DNA of 64,000 nt from NCBI GenBank assembly GCA_050249415.1, contig JBFWQO010000003.1:22814-86813 (forward strand). The letters run 5' to 3'. Source of the stretch: Steroidobacteraceae bacterium. Its GTDB lineage: Bacteria > Pseudomonadota > Gammaproteobacteria > Steroidobacterales > Steroidobacteraceae. Below the pieces are notes generated by a model. It had not been told where the DNA came from, searched no databases, and saw only the letters and a program-made list of their open reading frames with translations. Below are positions 38,784 to 49,442 of this stretch, piece after piece; the first letter of the stretch is position 1, and each line of letters starts with the position of its first letter. The position numbers were made by a program, and so were the translations under genes.

Positions 38784-39959
38784 ATGGAGTTCGCCCTTTT
38801 CGCGCTGACGCTGGCCGGCGTCGCGATGTTCCATCGACACGCGCTCACGGTCGGACTCGTCGGCCTCGCGGCGATCACGCTGTACAAGCTCGCCGGCCCG
38901 GGGTTTCACGCCGGTCAGGGCCTCGCGGGCCTCGGCATGCACTTCGCGGCGGAATGGGTCGTGCTCGTCAATCTCTTCGCCTTGCTCACGGGGTTTGCGC
39001 TCCTCGCCCGTCACTTCGAGGACAGCCGCATCCCGCTCGCGTTGCCGGCCTTGCTGCCGGACGACTGGAAAGGCGGCGTTGCATTGCTCGCCATCGTCTT
39101 CGTGCTCTCGAGCTTCCTCGACAACATCGCGGCCGCGATCATCGGCGGGACGATGGCGGCGAGCGTCTACCGCTCGCGCGTGCACGTCGGCTATCTCGCG
39201 GCGATCGTCGCGGCCGCGAATGCCGGCGGCTCCGGCAGCGTGATCGGCGATACGACGACCACGATCATGTGGATCGAAGGGGTCAGGGCGACCGAAGTAC
39301 TGCATGCCTACGTCGCGGCTGCTTCCGCCTTTTTCATTTTCGCGATACCCGCGGCCCGCGCGCAGCAGCGCCACGCGCCGATCACGCGCGATGCGCCGAC
39401 CGCGCTGGCGATCGACTGGGGGCGGGCGACGATCGTCGGACTCATACTCCTGGCGGCGATCGCGACCAACCTGTACGTGAACCTGCTGCATCCCGGGGTC
39501 GCCGATCGATGGCCGTTCCTCGGCCTCGCGGTCTGGGCGGCGATCATCGCAACCGCCGCGTGGCGGCGCCCCGAGTGGTCGCTGCTCCCCGATTCCGTAC
39601 GCGGCAGCATCTTCCTCCTGTCTCTCGTCGGCTGCGCCTCGATGATGCCGGTCGAGAAACTCCCGGAGGCGAGCTGGCAGAGTGCGTTCGCGCTCGGGTT
39701 CGTATCATCGGTGTTCGACAATATCCCGCTCACGAAGCTCGCGCTCGAAGAGGGCGGCTATGACTGGGGCGTGCTCGCCTACGCCGTCGGCTTCGGCGGA
39801 TCGATGATATGGTTCGGCTCGTCCGCGGGCGTCGCGATCTCGAACCGCTTTCCGGAGGCGCGCTCGGTCGGCGCGTGGCTGCGGCACGGCTGGTTCGTCG
39901 CCGTCGCTTATCCTGTCGGCTTCTTCGTCCTGCTCGGAGTGCTCGGATGGCGCCCGTAA
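38784..39959 (+). CDS. Polytopic permease of the ArsB/NhaD (citrate-transporter-like) superfamily
   Basis: About 390 aa with roughly 10-12 hydrophobic segments. [14 protein letters not shown] and [10 protein letters not shown] repeat-like motifs. Assignment by general resemblance only. Confidence 0.6.
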   Translation: MEFALFALTLAGVAMFHRHALTVGLVGLAAITLYKLAGPGFHAGQGLAGLGMHFAAEWVVLVNLFALLTGFALLARHFEDSRIPLALPALLPDDWKGGVALLAIVFVLSSFLDNIAAAIIGGTMAASVYRSRVHVGYLAAIVAAANAGGSGSVIGDTTTTIMWIEGVRATEVLHAYVAAASAFFIFAIPAARAQQRHAPITRDAPTALAIDWGRATIVGLILLAAIATNLYVNLLHPGVADRWPFLGLAVWAAIIATAAWRRPEWSLLPDSVRGSIFLLSLVGCASMMPVEKLPEASWQSAFALGFVSSVFDNIPLTKLALEEGGYDWGVLAYAVGFGGSMIWFGSSAGVAISNRFPEARSVGAWLRHGWFVAVAYPVGFFVLLGVLGWRP

Positions 39960-40510
39960 CCCGCACGATCCTGATCGCCACGGTGGCGATCTACCTGCTG
40001 CAGACCGTCTCGCAGACGCAGCTGCTGCAGTTTGCGTTGTGGCCGCTCGGGCCCCTCTTCCGGCCCTGGCAGCTCGCGACCTACGCGTTCCTGCACGGCA
40101 GTCCGGCCCACCTCTTCTTCAACATGTTCGCCGTCTACATGTTCGGCAGCGAACTCGAGCGTTTCTGGGGTGCGCGTCGCTATCTTTTCCTGTACCTGTC
40201 GAGCGTCGTATTCGCCGGGCTCGCCCAGCTCGTCGTCGCGGCGCTCCGCGGCGGTGATTATCCGACCGTCGGCGCCTCCGGGGGCGTGTTCGGCTTGCTG
40301 CTCGTCTACGCCGTGCTGTTCCCCCGCCGCCGGCTGATGCTCATCTTCCCGCCGATCCCGATGCCGGCCTGGGTGTTCGTCACGCTCTACGGTGTCCTCG
40401 AGCTCACGCTCGGCCTCACCGGCCAGCAGCCGGGTGTCGCGCATTTCGCCCATCTCGGCGGCATGCTGGGCGGCTTCATCGCGTTGCTCGGCTTTCGCGC
40501 CCGAGGGTGA
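39947..40510 (+). CDS. Rhomboid-family intramembrane serine protease (GlpG-like)
   Basis: WQLATYAFLHGSPAHLFFNMFAVYMFG, catalytic GASGGVFGLL, HFAHLGGMLGG. Confidence 0.8.
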   Translation: MAPVTRTILIATVAIYLLQTVSQTQLLQFALWPLGPLFRPWQLATYAFLHGSPAHLFFNMFAVYMFGSELERFWGARRYLFLYLSSVVFAGLAQLVVAALRGGDYPTVGASGGVFGLLLVYAVLFPRRRLMLIFPPIPMPAWVFVTLYGVLELTLGLTGQQPGVAHFAHLGGMLGGFIALLGFRARG

Positions 40511-41954
40511 TGCCGCGCCATCGGCCCGTGCGCCAGCGCGTGACCATACTGAGCCCGAGCAGCATCGCGTAGCTCATCAGCGCGAGCCAGCCGCCGAGTG
40601 CGCCGAGGCCCGCCTGCGGCAACCCATTCACCCAGCCTTGGCCCGGCCGGAACACGAGCGTGTGGGACAGCGGCACGAAGAAGAACCACGACAGCAGCAG
40701 TGCCGCCGCGGCCGGCACGCGCGTGTCGCCTGCGCCGCGCAGCGCCGAGGCCGAGCCGAAGTAGAGTCCGTCGAAGGCCTGGTACGCCGCCGCGGGCCAC
40801 AGCACGAGCAGTGCGACGGCGATCGCCTCACGGGCCGCCGCGTCGATCGGCGGCACGAACAGCGGCAGGAGCCAGCGGCCGCCGACGAGTATCGCGACGG
40901 CCATGGTGGCCATGAACGCAACGCATATGACGATCACGGTGTTGCCGACGCGACGCGCCCAGTCGCGATCGCCCGCGCCGATCGCCTGGCCCACGAACGT
41001 GGTGCCCGCGGAGGCGATGCCGATCGCAGGCAGGTACGCGAGCGAGGTCAGCATGATCACGATCTGCGTCGCGGCGGCGGCGCTGTTACCCGTCTGCACG
41101 ATCATCAGCTGGAACAAAGCGACGCCCAGCACGTCGGCGCCGTACATCACGCCGATCGGGAGGCCGATTCTCAGCTGCCGTCCGATCAGCGCACGGTCGG
41201 GGCGCCACGTCAGGTGCGTGCGATAGGCGCGCGCGAGGCGCGGTGACAACACGATCGCGACCGCGAACGCGAGGCCCAGCGCCTGCGCGGCATTCGTGCC
41301 CCACGCGGCGCCGGCCATGCCGAGGTCGAGCCCGAACATGAAGAACTGGTTCGCCGGCACGTTCGCGAGCACCGTCGCTCCGGCCACCACGAAAGTCGTA
41401 CGCGTCGCGCCGATGCCGGTGAAGAAACCCGTCAGCGCCCAGGTCGCGAGCCCGAGGGGCGCGCCGCACATGCGCGGCGTCCAGTAGTCGAGCGCGAGTG
41501 CTTCGACCTTCGGTGCCAGGTCAAAGGGCGCGATCAATGCGGGCCCCGCCCAGGCGAGGAGCATGAAGATCGGCCAGGTGGCGAGCGACGTCCACATGCC
41601 GGCCCACGCCGCCTGCGAGGCCCGCGCACTACGCCGTGAGCCGTGCGCCTGCGCCACGAACGTCTGCACGGCAAAGCCTGCGCCGCCGAGGATCAGGATT
41701 GCGCACGTCATCACCCAGTAGATCGCGCTCATCGCCGCAAGCGCGTCGGTGGAAAGGCGGCCGATGAACCACGTGTCCGTCAGGTTGAGCAGGGCCTGGA
41801 TCGCATTGGTCGCCATCAACGGCGCGGCGAAGCGTGCGATCGCGCGCAGATCGACCTGCGGCCGGCCACGCCGGTCGATGCGCTGTGCGGGCAGGTTCAC
41901 CGGCGCGTGTCGGCCGAGGCCGCGCATCGTGCCCGCTCGCACGACGGCGCTCAT
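40476..41954 (-). CDS. MATE-family efflux transporter
   Basis: FAAPLMATNAIQALLNLTDTWFIGRLS and 12 TM-like segments. About 490 aa. Start uncertain. Confidence 0.8.
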   Translation of the reverse strand: MSAVVRAGTMRGLGRHAPVNLPAQRIDRRGRPQVDLRAIARFAAPLMATNAIQALLNLTDTWFIGRLSTDALAAMSAIYWVMTCAILILGGAGFAVQTFVAQAHGSRRSARASQAAWAGMWTSLATWPIFMLLAWAGPALIAPFDLAPKVEALALDYWTPRMCGAPLGLATWALTGFFTGIGATRTTFVVAGATVLANVPANQFFMFGLDLGMAGAAWGTNAAQALGLAFAVAIVLSPRLARAYRTHLTWRPDRALIGRQLRIGLPIGVMYGADVLGVALFQLMIVQTGNSAAAATQIVIMLTSLAYLPAIGIASAGTTFVGQAIGAGDRDWARRVGNTVIVICVAFMATMAVAILVGGRWLLPLFVPPIDAAAREAIAVALLVLWPAAAYQAFDGLYFGSASALRGAGDTRVPAAAALLLSWFFFVPLSHTLVFRPGQGWVNGLPQAGLGALGGWLALMSYAMLLGLSMVTRWRTGRWRGITLGRESRATR

Positions 41955-42838
41955 GCGCCGGCGGTCCGAAGGTCTCCGGTCAGGTAGGGTCGGTTGGCGG
42001 TGGAATCGCGGAGCGTAAACGCGATGCCGCCATCGGCATCGCAGCTTTCCAGGATGACCCAGGCGGGCAGGTATACGGGCAACCGGAAGGTCACGTCGAG
42101 CGATGTCCGGCCGCTCGCGTCGATTTCACCGAGCTCGGCCGCGCAGCGCGCGAGCGACCACATGCCGTGCGCAATCGCCTTGCGAAACCCGAACGGCCGC
42201 GCCGCGAGATCCGCGAGATGGATGGGGTTGTAGTCTCCCGACACGCTCGCGTACCGCCGCCCGAGCCCCGAGGGCGCCGCGAAACTGCTCGAACGAACCG
42301 GGCCTCCCCCATCGAGCTGCCGTGCCTTGTCGGTGGACGGTCGCGCGGCAGGCTTGCCGTGCCGCCGCGCGAGGAACGTGCAGGTCTCCCGCCAGACCAC
42401 CGCGCCCCCGATGCGCCCCTCGGTCTCGAGGTCGAATTCCTGCCCGCGATCGGTATCACGATGGCCCTCGATCCAGCTGCGCAGCGCCAGGCACTCCTCC
42501 GCATCGATGGCGCGCCCGCGCACGATCCGGTTGCCCACATGCACGAGTCCGAGCACGCTGATCGGGAAGGCGCTCGAGGAGAGCATCGCGAGATGCATGC
42601 CGCTCGCGAGCATGTGCGGATAGGCGATCGGAATGCGATCGGCGCGCGGCACTTCGCAGATCGCCGCGTAGCGCGCGAGGTGGCCCGGATCGGCGCGGGT
42701 CGCCGCGAGTGTCGCCTCGATGCGGGGGCTCGTCGCGCCCGCGCGCAGCGTGGCCGGCTTGCGCGACGCGACGACGCGCGAATAGCTGCCCCAGATGCCC
42801 GGGGTGTTCGCGAAATCGAGTCTCAGGCCTGCGCCCAT
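41951..42838 (-). CDS. MaoC-like (double hot-dog) dehydratase family protein
   Basis: YASVSGDYNPIHLAD...GFRKAIAHGM hydratase motif in the C-terminal half. 295 aa. Confidence 0.7.
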   Translation of the reverse strand: MGAGLRLDFANTPGIWGSYSRVVASRKPATLRAGATSPRIEATLAATRADPGHLARYAAICEVPRADRIPIAYPHMLASGMHLAMLSSSAFPISVLGLVHVGNRIVRGRAIDAEECLALRSWIEGHRDTDRGQEFDLETEGRIGGAVVWRETCTFLARRHGKPAARPSTDKARQLDGGGPVRSSSFAAPSGLGRRYASVSGDYNPIHLADLAARPFGFRKAIAHGMWSLARCAAELGEIDASGRTSLDVTFRLPVYLPAWVILESCDADGGIAFTLRDSTANRPYLTGDLRTAGA

Positions 42839-42864
42839 GCGCCTTTCCCGCGATGGCAGATCCG

Positions 42865-43842
42865 TCAGGGCGTCAGGCGATCGATGACGATCTCGCGCAT
42901 GGCGTCCCGGCCCACATCATAGCTGACTTCGCCGAACGGATCGCCGCTCGCGGCCTCAGGTCGACCGGTGCGCGAGATGCGCGCGACGACGAGCACGCGC
43001 TTGCCGGCCGTGATGACGCGACTCGGCATCATCGCATCGGCCGCGGTCAGCTCGATTTCCAGCGGAAACTTCGCCGGGACGCGCTTGGCGGCGAGCGGCG
43101 GGCCCTGCGTGGCGGGATCGCGTACGAACACGAAGAGCGGCGCGTCGCCCGCAGTCGCGGCCAGGTCGGGCGCGAGCCTTACGGTGACGCGCACGGCGGC
43201 GTCGCTGGTCGCAGGCCCAGCCGCGATCGCGCGATCGAGCGCGGCCACCTGTTGTTCGATCAACGGGCGCACTTCGGCGGGCGGGTCGAGCGCCAGGAGA
43301 GTCGCGAACCGTTCGCGAGCGACCGGTAACTCGCCACGGCGCATCGCGGATACGGCGCCGAAAAAGAGCGCCTTGCCGGCCTTCGGGTCGATCGCGAGCG
43401 CACGCTCGAAGAGCTCTCCGGCCGTGCCGGTGAGCGCACTGTCGTCCTGCACGGTCAGGATTTCGGCCATGCCGATCAGCGCCTCGGCATTCTTCCCGTC
43501 GGCGAGTCGATCCGCGCGCCCATACGCGCGCAGGGCGAGTGCGGGCTGGCCCATCACGACATACGAGCGCCCGAGTTGCAGCCAGCCGGCGAGGTCGTCT
43601 GGCTCGCGCTCGAGGCGACGCGCGAGTCTCGCGACCATCTCGGCCGGCGACTGCGCGGCGCGTTCCGTCGGCCAGGTCCAGTTGCTCCAGTTGGCATAGA
43701 GCGCCACGCTCCCCGGCAGGAGCACGACGACACTCGCAAGCGCGACCCAGGGCGCCGTCGTCTTGCCCCGCAGCAGCGGCACGGTGACGAGCAGGATGGC
43801 GGCGAGTGTCAGGGTCGCGGCGAACGTGACGAAGAGCAGCAT
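42865..43842 (-). CDS. ccmI: Cytochrome c maturation protein CcmI (CycH; TPR)
   Basis: Two N-terminal TMs, TPR region (LGRSYVVMGQPALALRAYGRA), last gene of the ccm operon. Its ATG overlaps the ccmH stop. Confidence 0.8.
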   Translation of the reverse strand: MLLFVTFAATLTLAAILLVTVPLLRGKTTAPWVALASVVVLLPGSVALYANWSNWTWPTERAAQSPAEMVARLARRLEREPDDLAGWLQLGRSYVVMGQPALALRAYGRADRLADGKNAEALIGMAEILTVQDDSALTGTAGELFERALAIDPKAGKALFFGAVSAMRRGELPVARERFATLLALDPPAEVRPLIEQQVAALDRAIAAGPATSDAAVRVTVRLAPDLAATAGDAPLFVFVRDPATQGPPLAAKRVPAKFPLEIELTAADAMMPSRVITAGKRVLVVARISRTGRPEAASGDPFGEVSYDVGRDAMREIVIDRLTP

Positions 43843-44276
43843 CAGGTATCCAGGTCTCCGGAGTCGGCATCGGGTTCGGTGGCCGCGAGTACCGAGCGCC
43901 GGCGCACGATGCGCCACGCGACGATCACCCCGCCGACGAGCAGCACGCCCGGTAACGCCCAGAGCCAGGCCGTGCGTCCCGAGACACGCGGGCGAAACAG
44001 GATGAAATCGCCGTAGCGGGCGGACATGTAGTCGCGCACCTGCTGGTCGGTACGGCCCGCCGTCAGTTGCTCGGCCACCTCGCGACGCAGGTCCGCGGCG
44101 AGTCCGACCGGCGAATCGGCGATCGACTGGTTCTGGCACTGCATGCACCGCAATTCGTGCGTCAGCGCCTCATAGCGGGCCTGCAATTGCGGATCCGGCA
44201 ATTGCGTCGTGTCGATCGCGAGCGCCGCGCCCGCACCCGCGAGGCCGAGGGCCCACAGCACGGTGCGCGCGATCAT
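43842..44276 (-). CDS. ccmH: Cytochrome c maturation protein CcmH
   Basis: LRCMQCQNQSIADS CXXC motif and a C-terminal TM. 144 aa. Confidence 0.9.
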   Translation of the reverse strand: MIARTVLWALGLAGAGAALAIDTTQLPDPQLQARYEALTHELRCMQCQNQSIADSPVGLAADLRREVAEQLTAGRTDQQVRDYMSARYGDFILFRPRVSGRTAWLWALPGVLLVGGVIVAWRIVRRRSVLAATEPDADSGDLDT

Positions 44277-44812
44277 GAGCCCGTCCTCGCCGCGCCCGTC
44301 GCCCGGCGCACGAAGTCGCGCTGCCAGATCGCGGCACTCAGCGGACCGATGTGCTTGTGCACGATCACGCCCTGCGGGTCGATCAGGAAGGTCTCGGGCG
44401 CTCCATAGACACCGTAATCGATCGCGATGCGTCCTTCGGCATCGACCGGTACGGCCACGTACGGATTGCCCAGGGCCTCGAGCCAGCGGCGCGCCTCCTC
44501 GTCGCTGTCTTTCCAGTTGAGACCGACGATCGGCAGCGATCCCGAGCGCTGCGCCTCGACGAGCACCGGGTGCTCCGCGCGGCACTCCACACACCACGTG
44601 CCCCACACGTTGAGTACATACCAGCGGCCCTTCATCGCGCGCGAATCGAACTGCGCGGCCGGCTCGAGCAGGTTGGGCAGCACGTAGTCGGGGGCCGGCC
44701 GGCCGATCAACGGCGAGGCGACGACACCCTTCGTCTTAGAGTTGCGGATCCCGACACCGAGGACGATCGCGAGCAGCACGAAGCCTGCCAGCGGCAGCAG
44801 GAAACGGTTCAC
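44273..44812 (-). CDS. ccmG: Thiol:disulfide interchange protein DsbE/CcmG
   Basis: A GTG start overlapping the ccmF stop. VWGTWCVECRAEHP, GVYGAPETFLID. Confidence 0.9.
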   Translation of the reverse strand: MNRFLLPLAGFVLLAIVLGVGIRNSKTKGVVASPLIGRPAPDYVLPNLLEPAAQFDSRAMKGRWYVLNVWGTWCVECRAEHPVLVEAQRSGSLPIVGLNWKDSDEEARRWLEALGNPYVAVPVDAEGRIAIDYGVYGAPETFLIDPQGVIVHKHIGPLSAAIWQRDFVRRATGAARTGS

Positions 44813-46764
44813 GCCGGACTGCCCTGCCCCGCATCCACCGGCGACGCCGCCGGCGCGCGCACGTTGCGATAACGCCGGTCGGACGCGGCGACGAACCCGC
44901 CGAGCGCCATCAGCGCAGCCGCGAGCCACACGTAGTTGATCAGCGGCCGGATCTGGATACGCAAGCTCCACCGGCCCGCACCCAGGTCTTCACCGAGCGC
45001 GACGAAGAGATCGCGGCCCGCCTGCGAGGCGATCGCGGCCTCGGTCATCACGGACTGCTGCACGAGATAGCGCCGCTTCTGGGGGTGGAGCGTGACTACG
45101 GGCACACCGTCGCGCGACACCTGCACGGTGCCTTGCACCCCATCGTAGTTCGGTCCGTCGAGCGCACCGACGCCGTCGAAGCGGAAGTCGAACCCGCCCA
45201 CGTGCGCGATCTCGCCCTGCGCCAGCGCGATGTCCTGCTCGGCCGTGTAGGTTTCGACCGCCGTGACCGCGATCACGAACACGCCGAGCGCCACGTGCGC
45301 GAGGGTCATGCCGACGATCGCGCGCGGCAGCGTCGGTCCGCGACGCAGCCGGTCGAGCGGATCGACGAGTGTGGACAGTACGAGCCACACGCCGAGCGCG
45401 AAACTCAGCAACGCGAGGCCCGGCCTGCCCGCGTAGTAGCCAAACACCAGCGCGAGCGCGATCACGAGCGCCGCGAGCCCCGTGCCGATCACCGCCCGGC
45501 GGCGTGCGGGCAGGCGCCCCCGCTTCCAGTTCGCGTGCACGGCAATGGCCGCGAGGGCGAGCAGCGGCAGCATCGGCAGCAGGAAGGTCGGATTGAAATA
45601 CTGCGGCCCCACCGAGAGCGTGCCGAGGCCGAGCGTGTCGGAGATGAGCGGCGCGAGCGTGCCGCCGAACACGGTCGCCGCGGCGATCACCAGCAGGATG
45701 TTGTTGAAGAGCAGGAAGGATTCACGCGACGCGAACTCGAAGCCGGCGTCCGACTTGAGACGCGGCGCGCGCCAGGCGTAGAGCGTGAGCGCCCCGCCGA
45801 TCATGACCACGAGAAATGCGAGGATGAACACGCCGCGCGCCGGGTCGGCCGCGAACGAATGCACCGACACGAGCACGCCCGAGCGCACGAGGAAGGTGCC
45901 GAGCAGGCTCAGCGAAAACGCGATGATCGCGAGCAGCAGGGTCCAGCTCTTGAACAGGCCCCGCTTGTCGGTGACTGCGAGCGAGTGGATCAGTGCCGTG
46001 CCCACGAGCCACGGCATGAACGACGCATTCTCCACCGGGTCCCAGAACCAGTAGCCGCCCCAGCCGAGCTCGTAATAGGCCCACCAGCTGCCGAGCGCGA
46101 TGCCGCAGGTGAGGAACGCCCAGGCCGCGAGTGTCCACGGGCGTGTCCAGCGCGCCCACGACTGGTCGAGCCGGCCCTCGAGCATCGCGGCGATTGCAAA
46201 GGCGAAGCCCACCGCAAAACCGACATAGCCCGTGTACAGGAGCGGCGGATGCATCGCGAGTGCCGGATCCTGCAGCAGCGGATTCAGGTCGCGTCCGTCG
46301 GGCACCGGCGGATCGAGGCGCAGGAAAGGATTGGAGGTCGCGAGAGTGAACAGCAGGAAACCGAAGCTCACGAGACCGAGCACGCCGAGCACGCGTGCGC
46401 CGATACGTCGTGGCAGGCGCGCCACGCCGAAGGCGACGGCCACGGTCCACGCGGCGAGCAGCGTGATCCAGAGGAGCAGCGACCCCTCGTGGGCGCCCCA
46501 GACCGCCGCGATGCGATAGACGAGCGGCAGCGCCGAGTTGGAATTCTCGGCCACGTAGGCGACCGAAAAATCGAAGCGCACGAAACTCGCGACGAGGCAC
46601 GCAAACGCGGTGCCCACCATCACGACCTGGCCCGCCGTGGCGGGAATGACCGCCGCGAGCCAGCGCTCGCGCCCGAGCGCCGGCGCGGCGAGACCGTAGA
46701 ACGCCTGCAGGCCCGCGAGCAGCAGTGCGAGGATCAGCGCGAAATGGCCCAGCTCCGGCAGCAT
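44809..46764 (-). CDS. ccmF: Cytochrome c haem lyase subunit CcmF
   Basis: 651 aa, polytopic. WGGYWFWDPVEN tryptophan-rich motif. Confidence 0.95.
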   Translation of the reverse strand: MLPELGHFALILALLLAGLQAFYGLAAPALGRERWLAAVIPATAGQVVMVGTAFACLVASFVRFDFSVAYVAENSNSALPLVYRIAAVWGAHEGSLLLWITLLAAWTVAVAFGVARLPRRIGARVLGVLGLVSFGFLLFTLATSNPFLRLDPPVPDGRDLNPLLQDPALAMHPPLLYTGYVGFAVGFAFAIAAMLEGRLDQSWARWTRPWTLAAWAFLTCGIALGSWWAYYELGWGGYWFWDPVENASFMPWLVGTALIHSLAVTDKRGLFKSWTLLLAIIAFSLSLLGTFLVRSGVLVSVHSFAADPARGVFILAFLVVMIGGALTLYAWRAPRLKSDAGFEFASRESFLLFNNILLVIAAATVFGGTLAPLISDTLGLGTLSVGPQYFNPTFLLPMLPLLALAAIAVHANWKRGRLPARRRAVIGTGLAALVIALALVFGYYAGRPGLALLSFALGVWLVLSTLVDPLDRLRRGPTLPRAIVGMTLAHVALGVFVIAVTAVETYTAEQDIALAQGEIAHVGGFDFRFDGVGALDGPNYDGVQGTVQVSRDGVPVVTLHPQKRRYLVQQSVMTEAAIASQAGRDLFVALGEDLGAGRWSLRIQIRPLINYVWLAAALMALGGFVAASDRRYRNVRAPAASPVDAGQGSPA

Positions 46765-46768
46765 CGGC

Positions 46769-47206
46769 TCAGCCCTGCGGCGCCGCGGCGGGCGGCTTCA
46801 GGGAGCGGTGCACTTCGGGCGGCATGTAGTTCTCGTCGTGCTTCGCGAGTACTTCGTCGGCCGTGAACACGCCATCGGCGCCGAGCCGCCCGTGCGCCAC
46901 GACACCCTGCCCCTCGCGAAAGAGGTCGGGCAGGACGCCGGTGTAGTGCACCGGGACCGTGCGCTGGAAGTCCGTCACGATGAATTGCACTTCGAGGCTG
47001 CCCGGCTTGCGTACGACGCTGCCGTTCTCGACCATGCCTCCGAGGCGGAACCGCTCGCCCGCGGGCGCCTCGCCCTTGGCGACCTGCGTGGGATCGAAGA
47101 AGAACATCACGTTCTCGCGGAAGGCCTGCAGTGCGAGCCCGCCGGCAACCGCCACACCCGCGAGGATGCCGGCGACCAGGATGAGACGGCGGCGGCGCGG
47201 GGTCAT
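46769..47206 (-). CDS. ccmE: Haem chaperone CcmE
   Basis: [13 protein letters not shown]..., [41 protein letters not shown]. Confidence 0.95.
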   Translation of the reverse strand: MTPRRRRLILVAGILAGVAVAGGLALQAFRENVMFFFDPTQVAKGEAPAGERFRLGGMVENGSVVRKPGSLEVQFIVTDFQRTVPVHYTGVLPDLFREGQGVVAHGRLGADGVFTADEVLAKHDENYMPPEVHRSLKPPAAAPQG

Positions 47207-47364
47207 GGCGCCTCCTCCATCGCGATCCGGCGGCGCACTTCGGCGCGCGCCGCGGCGAGCGAGCGCCGCGCCGCGATCACATTCCACGCGATGATGCCGA
47301 ATGTCAGCGCCATGGCGGGCCATACGGAGCCCGCATAACCGCCCATCGAGAAAAACCCGCTCAT
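47203..47364 (-). CDS. ccmD: Haem exporter protein CcmD
   Basis: 53-aa single-TM ORF between ccmC and ccmE, with 4-nt overlaps on both sides. Confidence 0.7.
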   Translation of the reverse strand: MSGFFSMGGYAGSVWPAMALTFGIIAWNVIAARRSLAAARAEVRRRIAMEEAP

Positions 47365-48098
47365 TCCGCGACCACCTCCACGACCCATTGCGCCCGCCTT
47401 TCCCGGCGCAGGATCTCCCCGCGCAGGCGCACCAGCAGCAGCGCCACAAACAGTAGTGTAAACCCGGCGAACATGATCAGCAGGGGTGTCAGCATCGGCC
47501 AGCTGATCGACGGTTTGCCGAACTTCATCACCGACGGTGCCTGGTGGATCGAATTCCACCACTCGACCGAGTAGCGCACGATAGGTACATTCACGACGCC
47601 CACGATCGCGAGCACCGCGCTCGTGCGATCCGCGCGCTGCGGGTCCTCGATCGCCGAGCGCAGCCCGATATAGCCGAGATACAGGAACAGCAGCACGAGT
47701 TCGGCCGTGAGCCGCGGGTCCCACGCCCAGTAGGTGCCCCACATCGGCTTGCCCCACAGCATGCCGGTACCGAGCGCCGCCACGGTGAACCAGGCGCCGA
47801 TGGGCGCACAACTCGCGGCCGCCGCGTGCGCCGCCTTCATGCGCCAGATGAGCCCGATTGCGGCCGCGACCGCCATCCAGGTGTAGGCCATCAGCGACAA
47901 CCAGGCGCTCGGCGCATGCACGTAGATGATCCGGAAGCCGTCGCCCTGCTGGTAGTCGGGCGGCGCCAGCACGAGCCCGCCATAGAGCCCGAGCGCGATC
48001 AGGAACGCCGCAGGCCATGCGAACCACGGCGTGAGCCGGCCCGCGAGCCCGTACAAGTGCGGCGGCGAGGCGAAGCGGTGAAACCAGGTCCAATCCAT
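47361..48098 (-). CDS. ccmC: Haem exporter protein CcmC
   Basis: [12 protein letters not shown] tryptophan-rich motif. 245 aa. Confidence 0.95.
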   Translation of the reverse strand: MDWTWFHRFASPPHLYGLAGRLTPWFAWPAAFLIALGLYGGLVLAPPDYQQGDGFRIIYVHAPSAWLSLMAYTWMAVAAAIGLIWRMKAAHAAAASCAPIGAWFTVAALGTGMLWGKPMWGTYWAWDPRLTAELVLLFLYLGYIGLRSAIEDPQRADRTSAVLAIVGVVNVPIVRYSVEWWNSIHQAPSVMKFGKPSISWPMLTPLLIMFAGFTLLFVALLLVRLRGEILRRERRAQWVVEVVAE

Positions 48099-48101
48099 GC
48101 C

Positions 48102-48791
48102 CTACTCCAGGCTGATCCGCACGGCCGCCGCCACCGCCAGCGGTGCCAGCGTGATACCGAGCACCGTGCAGGCGGCGAGAAAATACATCGGTGCTGCCAT
48201 GTCGCTGCCCTCGATCGCCCGCGCGGTGGCCTGTGCGCCGAAGATCAGCAGCGGCACGGCGAGCGGCAGCGTCAGCAGCGACAGGAGCGCCCCGCCCCGC
48301 TTGATACCGAGCGTGAGGCCGGCAGAGACCGCACCGAGCAGGCTGAGCGCCATCGTCCCGAGCGCGACCGACGCCACGATACCCGGCATCGCGGCCGGCG
48401 ACACGGCGAGCCCATACGCCACGATCGGGCTCGCGACCGCGAGCGGCAGGCCCGACAGCAGCCAGTGCGACACGGTCTTGGCAAACAGCAGCCAGGTGAG
48501 CGAGCGGCCCGACAGGGCGTATTGCTCGAGCGTGCCGTCCTGTGCGTCTTCGCGGAACAGGAACTCGATCGCGAGGAGCGAGGCGAGCAAGGCGCCGACC
48601 CACAGCACGCCGGGTGCGACGTCGCGCAAACGCGATGGTTCGGGCGTGAGGGCCAGGGGGAAAAGTGTCGTCACGATGCCAAAGAACAATAGGGGGTGCA
48701 GAAGTTGCGCCCGGTTCCTGAAAGCGAGACGCAAGTCTCGTCCGACGACCAGTTGCGCGGTATGCCAGGCGCCGCTCATGCCGTGCGTCAC
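48102..48791 (-). CDS. ccmB: Haem exporter permease CcmB
   Basis: 229 aa, six hydrophobic segments, sits between ccmA and ccmC. Confidence 0.9.
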   Translation of the reverse strand: MTHGMSGAWHTAQLVVGRDLRLAFRNRAQLLHPLLFFGIVTTLFPLALTPEPSRLRDVAPGVLWVGALLASLLAIEFLFREDAQDGTLEQYALSGRSLTWLLFAKTVSHWLLSGLPLAVASPIVAYGLAVSPAAMPGIVASVALGTMALSLLGAVSAGLTLGIKRGGALLSLLTLPLAVPLLIFGAQATARAIEGSDMAAPMYFLAACTVLGITLAPLAVAAAVRISLE

Positions 48792-49417
48792 TTGGACGTC
48801 AACCCGAGGCGTCGCGTTCCCGGTTCCGCCACGGGCAGCGGCGCGTGTACCGCTGCGATCACGATGCCGCCGCTCGCCCGCTGGCGCTCGACGAGTCGAC
48901 CGACGAGCGCGTGGCCGTCCGCATCGAGGTGCGTGGCCGGTTCATCGAGTACCCACAGCGGTGCTGCCGCGAGCACGACGCCCGCCAGCGCCACCCGGCG
49001 GCGCTGGCCCGCGGACAACGTGCGTACCGGCCGGTCGGCGAAGCCGTTCGCGCCCGTCTCGCCGAGTGCCCCGGCAATCTCCCCGGCGCCGATCGCCCGG
49101 CGTATGCCGATCGCGAAACGCAAATTCTCGGTCGCCGTGAGATCGGCCTTCAGCGGCGATTCGTGCCCGAGGAAAGCGAGCTGCGCGTGAAACGCGCGCG
49201 CATCGCGGTGGATGTCCTGCCCGTTCCACTCGATACGGCCCGACTCGGCATGCACGAGGCCGACGATCGTGCGCAGCAGGCTCGTCTTGCCCGCGCCGTT
49301 GCGCCCCGTCACCTCGAGGTACTCGCCGCCTTGCGCCATGAACGAGACACCGCGCAGCACGTGGCGTTCGCCACGGAAGACGTGCAGGGCCTCGCCGGCC
49401 AGCCGGTGAACGGACAT
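48788..49417 (-). CDS. ccmA: Haem exporter ATP-binding protein CcmA
   Basis: Walker A GRNGAGKTSLLR, signature LSAGQRRR, Walker B LWVLDEP. Confidence 0.9.
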   Translation of the reverse strand: MSVHRLAGEALHVFRGERHVLRGVSFMAQGGEYLEVTGRNGAGKTSLLRTIVGLVHAESGRIEWNGQDIHRDARAFHAQLAFLGHESPLKADLTATENLRFAIGIRRAIGAGEIAGALGETGANGFADRPVRTLSAGQRRRVALAGVVLAAAPLWVLDEPATHLDADGHALVGRLVERQRASGGIVIAAVHAPLPVAEPGTRRLGLTSK

Positions 49418-49442
49418 CCGGCCATTTTAGCATCCCGGGCGT

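Noticed and set aside
39947-40510. The second rhomboid-family gene as another rhombosortase.
   Set aside because: It shows general GlpG-like rhomboid motifs (GASGGVFG, HLGG). It lacks the rhombosortase-type N-terminal ERxxxxxGExWRLxTxHxxH pattern seen in the gene at 8747.
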